A model generated the notes under the pieces. That model had not been told where the DNA came from. It did not search any database and saw only the letters and a list, made by a program, of their open reading frames with translations. From a virus: a DNA stretch of 64,000 nt. Numbering within the stretch: the stretch's first letter is position 1; the number at the start of each line of letters is the position of its first letter. Positions 59,950 to 64,000 of the stretch are shown here, piece by piece. The translations under genes and the position numbers were made by a program. Location of the stretch: the IMG/VR virus record IMGVR_UViG_3300044640_000597, positions 21,966 through 85,965 of that record. One strand, given 5' to 3'.

Positions 59950-60697
59950 TATGTCGATACTCGTTACTAAGCTCGTTACTAATAAATTATTATGTGTGTT
60001 GGAGAGATTGATTGCCAATACTCTCACACTCATTAAGTGTGGTATCATGATGACTATCTAACTAGTTGTATAACATGGTATCACACTTTATCCTCTTGTG
60101 TCTGATTAACAGAGACACAGATAGGGTATGACTGTAACCCATAGCAATACAGTTATTATACATTCTAGTTATAACTTTAACTGGTAAAACTTGTACTGAT
60201 ATACAGGTAATCCTATACTAGATAGGTTCTTGGTTCCGTGGCTTGACATCCATTGTTAAAACAAGTTGTTATATGATACCTTAAATTAAACCTGGAATAT
60301 GGTTGCACCGCTTGTAGGTCATGGTGTGTAAAAGTAAAACAGCCTTCTAATAATCCTAAGTGGATAGCTTCTCACTGATGCTTAAAGTGTTCTTTTTATT
60401 TAATTACTTATTTATTTATTTTCCTTAATTAATGGGTGGGATTAATGTAGTTAATATCCTATACCCAAAAACCTAAGAAATGCAGAATATGTGTTGATAC
60501 TTACTTAAACACTATTCCACCTATCAGTACTCTAAAAGAGAGGTTGTTAAACTGATATTAAAAGGTGTAAGACAATCCTATTTAGTCCTAAGCATGACAC
60601 TAAACTGCTTATTCATAGTATCGTTACTCTTTCTTTAACCGAGTATCTATCCAGTAAGCTGCTGGCGTTTGTGGGTGTCCAGATAACCCTCATATTT
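59950..60697 (+). ncRNA. Candidate large structured ncRNA (~740 nt)
   Basis: No plausible ORF; nested long-range helices and many hairpins (see findings); ends at a predicted ribozyme cleavage site. Confidence 0.45.
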
Positions 60698-60872
60698 AAT
60701 GCACCATAACTATCTTCCCAAGGGATAGCAGTTGTAATAACTAATGATATTGTAATAGGGTCTCAACAATACTGTTGCAACAGGTTGAGTAGGAATGCAC
60801 AATTCCCTAAATATCAAGACAGCTATGTTTGTCATTAGTATTAGTTGTTACAACTGAGTGCAGAGGGGATAT
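60692..60872 (+). ncRNA. Twister-like ribozyme (type P1) with large P5 insertion
   Basis: P1 ATATT/GATAT, UAA, P2 TGCA/TGCA, P4 CTATC/GATAG with loop TTCCCAAGG, pseudoknots CC:GG and CCC:GGG, conserved GA, 17-bp P5 stem. Confidence 0.65.
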
Positions 60873-60918
60873 TAAATTAGTAATCAATAACTTAAATCAT
60901 ACTCAAACACTTAACATC

Positions 60919-61155
60919 ATGAAACAAGCTGTTAAATTCTTATCAAAGATTGCTCAATTAGTACTAATAGCATGTGTAGTATTCGTTACTCCTGCTATTG
61001 TACACTGTATTGTTACCTTTACGTTCAGTCATTACATCAATGACTTGAGCTCGACTATTTACTGTGGTCTTATGAGTTTCATCTCATTGATTGTTACTGT
61101 ATTCTACATTGCTATTGAAGCTGAACGTATTGAAGATAAACCTTCTAACTTCTAA
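60919..61155 (+). CDS. Small two-TM membrane protein
   Basis: Start MKQAVK at 60919; two hydrophobic segments. Confidence 0.6.
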   Translation: MKQAVKFLSKIAQLVLIACVVFVTPAIVHCIVTFTFSHYINDLSSTIYCGLMSFISLIVTVFYIAIEAERIEDKPSNF

Positions 61156-61167
61156 TACTATAGCACT

Positions 61168-61359
61168 ATGAGTAACAAGACTAAATTTGCTGAGGATATG
61201 ACAGCCTTCGGGTTGTCTATCCTTATCATTATCCTTATTGTGATAATGATGACATCATGCTCTACATCTAGAGAGTATGGATATCAAGACCATCTAAGAT
61301 CTACTCACCACAAGAACTTTATCTCTAAAGATAATGGTGGTTGTGGGTGGAATAAGTAA
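61168..61359 (+). CDS. Small putative lipoprotein
   Basis: Hydrophobic stretch ending in a lipobox-like MTSC. Confidence 0.55.
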   Translation: MSNKTKFAEDMTAFGLSILIIILIVIMMTSCSTSREYGYQDHLRSTHHKNFISKDNGGCGWNK

Positions 61360-61455
61360 GGACTTTACCTATTGGACTTCATACAATAGCAGCTTAACGG
61401 TGAGGCTTAAACCGTTCCTTTTAATCTGTAATCAATAACAAACACATATAAAATC

Positions 61456-62094
61456 ATGACACAGTTAAAACAAACAGCGGTCGAATGGGTATTCGACAAG
61501 ATGAGTAATGTATTAGCTGGTAATTCCAGTGTAACTACTCAAGAAATACTAGAGCAAGGACTAGCAATGCATCAAGAACAAATTGAACAAGCTTGGATGG
61601 ATGCAGAAGATAATCTGCTAACCGAAGAGTCAGCTAAGTTCTTTGCAGAGAAATACTACAACAAAACATATAAAGTAGTAGAGGAGGAAGTAGTGGATGA
61701 CGAAGGTGATGGCACTATTCCTCAAGCTGAAGACTGGTTCATTGATATGGTCAATGAAGATGCTCATCCAGATGATGACTCAGAGTATCGTCAGTATCGT
61801 GAACGTGCTGATGTACCAGAATACATCATTGCATCTATTAGTCTTGATGCTTACGAGACATATGTATTCGAAGCTACTGCTGATGGTAACATAGTAACCT
61901 TCGATGAGTATGGTGGATTAGCAGCGAGATGGGGTGATGCTAGATGGTGGGATGCTGAAGCTGCTGTTAAATCATGTATGAGAAACAGCTATGATTTAGT
62001 ATCTGTTAAAGGTAATCACTATCTATTCAAGCTAGTTAAACCTGATGAGCTCACTCATTTCGATGGTGATGAATCAGATAGAATCAGCTATTAA
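61456..62094 (+). CDS. Hypothetical early protein (KQTAVEW N-terminal module plus acidic domain)
   Basis: 212-aa ORF with A-rich leader. Confidence 0.65.
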   Translation: MTQLKQTAVEWVFDKMSNVLAGNSSVTTQEILEQGLAMHQEQIEQAWMDAEDNLLTEESAKFFAEKYYNKTYKVVEEEVVDDEGDGTIPQAEDWFIDMVNEDAHPDDDSEYRQYRERADVPEYIIASISLDAYETYVFEATADGNIVTFDEYGGLAARWGDARWWDAEAAVKSCMRNSYDLVSVKGNHYLFKLVKPDELTHFDGDESDRISY

Positions 62095-62095
62095 T

Positions 62096-62464
62096 ATGAA
62101 GACACTTACCTACATCAAGAGAGTTGAGATAGAAGAAACAATACCGTTTCCTATCATCACATTTGTTGCTGAGAAAGTGCGAGTTAGTACAGGAGATAGC
62201 TCATGGTTTGACATGGGCTATACTCCTAGACTCGATGGTCTGACAGTACATCAGTATCGTAAACTCCATAATGCTTGGGATAGAGATATCGATATAGCCT
62301 TAGAAGAATATGTAAAGACTACATATAATCTACGTAGTGGATGGGGTCAAGTAGACTACCATGTCTATTCAGCTAAACAACTTGGTATGCCTGAGCTTAC
62401 TAAAGTTGATCCAAAGTTTAACGATGATCATGCTGATCTAGTTAGAATGTTTACAGGGGCTTAG
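62096..62464 (+). CDS. Hypothetical early protein
   Basis: Likely start MKTLTY at 62096, 1 nt after the upstream stop. Confidence 0.6.
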   Translation: MKTLTYIKRVEIEETIPFPIITFVAEKVRVSTGDSSWFDMGYTPRLDGLTVHQYRKLHNAWDRDIDIALEEYVKTTYNLRSGWGQVDYHVYSAKQLGMPELTKVDPKFNDDHADLVRMFTGA

Positions 62465-62469
62465 TCCCC

Positions 62470-62532
62470 TTTTACTAATGCAGCCAGTGTAACAACTGAA
62501 GGTCACAAGCCCTTTAATGCAGAGTGGTAAAA
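62470..62532 (+). ncRNA. Twister self-cleaving ribozyme (type P1)
   Basis: P1 TTTTAC/GTAAAA, UAA, P2 TGCA/TGCA, P3 CAGT/ACTG, P4 AAGG/CCTT, loop TCACAAGC, pseudoknots GC:GC and CAC:GTG, catalytic GA. Confidence 0.9.
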
Positions 62533-62572
62533 TCAATTCATTCATTTAATTTATTATTTAATCATCAAAATC

Positions 62573-63178
62573 ATGATGAACAACACAATCAACAGTGGCT
62601 CGTTGCAGGGATTGCAAGCGGGTCAAACCCTTTTACTCCAAGCTCGTAAGGTTAATGGAGGTAAGATTCAATTGGAATTTGCTGAGATTGTCAAAACACA
62701 GTCTACTGCAGCAAACCCACTTGCTATCTTTAACAAGTCAGACGACCGTTTCTCACAAGGCAATGGTGCTCGTCGTGCTTGGCTTACTGCTGAAGCTAAG
62801 GATGCTTCGGTTTATCTCAACATCAACCTGATGGATGATGCTGATTGGGAGGTTGACCAAATGGGACGTGAGATACTCCCATTGAATGTCATCAATCCAA
62901 TTGCTATCATCAATGCGGAAGCATTCCCATTGAAGGTGCAAGTTGAGGAGACTGTTACTCCTACAGATTGGCAGGCAAGCAACGTCGAAACTGCGGCTAA
63001 GCGTCGTGGTAAAGATGGGGACTTCATCACTCACCAAGGTATGTACATCTTTGCTAACACTCGTGTAGTGTTTAACAAAGCTAATCACATCTTCCTTGAA
63101 GTGGATGCTGCTAAGTCAAATGTATCTACTGGCATTCCTGCAAGTGGTAGCTTTGACTCAAGTCCGTTCTTCAGCTAA
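62573..63178 (+). CDS. Hypothetical early protein (possibly ssDNA-binding)
   Basis: 201 aa, beta-rich, C-terminal ...DSSPFFS tail; lies before the DNA polymerase. Confidence 0.5.
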   Translation: MMNNTINSGSLQGLQAGQTLLLQARKVNGGKIQLEFAEIVKTQSTAANPLAIFNKSDDRFSQGNGARRAWLTAEAKDASVYLNINLMDDADWEVDQMGREILPLNVINPIAIINAEAFPLKVQVEETVTPTDWQASNVETAAKRRGKDGDFITHQGMYIFANTRVVFNKANHIFLEVDAAKSNVSTGIPASGSFDSSPFFS

Positions 63179-63191
63179 TTATAGCTGAGTA

Positions 63192-63272
63192 AATCAGGTA
63201 GCTCAACTGGTAGAGCACTGCAAGTTCTGTTGAACTCTTGCATGGATATGGGTTCGAATCCCATCCTGATTT
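63192..63272 (+). tRNA. tRNA-like RNA with aberrant, elongated anticodon arm (no assignable anticodon)
   Basis: Acceptor AATCAGG/CCTGATT, D arm GCTC-AACTGGTA-GAGC and T arm ATGGG-TTCGAAT-CCCAT are all canonical. The anticodon arm is ~25 nt. Confidence 0.7.
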
Positions 63273-63436
63273 CAAAAACCCTCTCATTGTGTACTACGAA
63301 TAACCATTGAATAGACTATAGCAGGTTTGGGGTTGCCTGCTGTCTGTTCTCTGGCATATAAGCAAGAGAAAACAAGGGACACCGTTCGTTTGTTACTAGT
63401 TACGAAACAATTTAATTTAATCTAAATCAATAACTT

Positions 63437-63670
63437 ATGTCAAGAATGAAATTAGTATTAGACTTGATGGAGTCTGGGACTTATCAAGCGTTTGAACTAC
63501 AAGCTATGATGGCTAGCCAACGTGGAGAAAGACAATTCCAGTTTGGTAATGCATCGTATGATGTAGAGTTTGCTGCCAATGTGATGGCTTATATTTACCA
63601 CAAAATTGCACAACAACACCATGAACAACATTTTCTTTATCAGCAAGAACCAGGCACTGATAGCGAGTAG
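63437..63670 (+). CDS. Hypothetical protein
   Basis: 77-aa ORF with A-rich leader; overlaps the polymerase start. Confidence 0.55.
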   Translation: MSRMKLVLDLMESGTYQAFELQAMMASQRGERQFQFGNASYDVEFAANVMAYIYHKIAQQHHEQHFLYQQEPGTDSE

Positions 63671-64000
63671 TTTCAAGACATGTACAATCGAAGAAGCTGT
63701 TGAAGATCTACTAACTAGTAAGATACTAGGTGTGGATACAGAGACAGAAGGATTTGATTTCACATGTAAGAAACTGCTAATGCTGCAGATCGGTGATGCA
63801 GAGCGTCAGTATGTAATTGATTGTAGAGATCTAACTTATGCAGATCAAGTGCAATTGAACAGGGTATTAAACAATGAGGATATCGTCAAGATATTCCACA
63901 ATGCAAAGTTTGATTACAAGTTCATTAAGCACTATCTTAAGATAGATACTGTAAACATTCATGATACATACCTATGTGAGAAAATATTACACTGTGGGAA
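63621..64000 (+). CDS. Family A DNA polymerase, N-terminal 3'-5' exonuclease domain (runs off window)
   Basis: My translation: MNNIFFISKN...ILGVDTETEG...LQIGD...IFHNAKFD...IHDTYLCE, giving ExoI/ExoII motifs. The polymerase domain itself is outside the window. Confidence 0.8.
   Translation, partial: MNNIFFISKNQALIASSFKTCTIEEAVEDLLTSKILGVDTETEGFDFTCKKLLMLQIGDAERQYVIDCRDLTYADQVQLNRVLNNEDIVKIFHNAKFDYKFIKHYLKIDTVNIHDTYLCEKILHCG

Noticed and set aside
59683-60048. 121-aa minus-strand ORF
   Set aside because: It is antisense to a better plus-strand gene and crosses its terminator.
59940-60900. CRISPR array or iteron array
   Set aside because: Only a two-copy 11-12-mer is present; there are no regularly spaced repeats with spacers.
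62456-62470. Long-range pairing of TCCCCT with twister #1 AGGGGA as a circularisation stem
   Set aside because: TCCCCT has a local partner (AGGGG-CTTAGT-CCCCT), and the 6-bp match is too short to count.
63219-63242. tRNA-Gln (CTG/TTG) or Asn (GTT) assignment
   Set aside because: No 5-bp stem frames a canonical 7-nt loop around any of these triplets.
63285-63412. Hammerhead ribozyme (CGAAAC near the 3' end)
   Set aside because: No CUGANGA core.
1-64000. Stop-codon reassignment (TAG/TGA), as in some crAss-like phages
   Set aside because: Genes are full length under code 11, with TAA, TAG and TGA all used as tightly packed stops; no suppressor tRNA is seen.

Overview
This window is about two-thirds of a crAss-like (Crassvirales-type) phage genome in the standard genetic code. 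The host is probably a Bacteroidota bacterium, judging from TAnnTTTG -7 promoters and AT-rich translation starts without Shine-Dalgarno sites. Bases 1 to about 58,600 form a minus-strand late/structural block. In transcription order it holds tail fibre/adhesin genes, a lysis cassette (holin, CHAP endolysin, spanin-like pair), GroES, TerL, portal, a ferritin-like protein, a GH73 muramidase protein, scaffold, major capsid protein, ring/hub/muzzle tail proteins and five giant ejected 'cargo' proteins, including a single-chain virion RNA polymerase (DFDVD). After a strand switch at about 58.6-59.6 kb the plus-strand early region begins and runs into a family-A DNA polymerase at the window edge. 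The most unusual content is RNA-level and lies around the junction and early region. It includes a textbook twister ribozyme (62470-62532), a variant twister with a ~130-nt structured insert (60692-60872), a ~740-nt ORF-free structured region ending at that ribozyme, a tRNA-like RNA with an aberrant anticodon arm, and a promoter-driven ~250-nt structured RNA on the minus strand. Together these suggest a phage RNA-processing system. Protein-level oddities include cysteines placed almost only at the facing termini of consecutive ejection proteins, a shared basic-x-x-GG/AG motif in several proteins, and a circularly permuted DUF2272-like amidase. All family calls come from motif recognition by eye; no searches were run.
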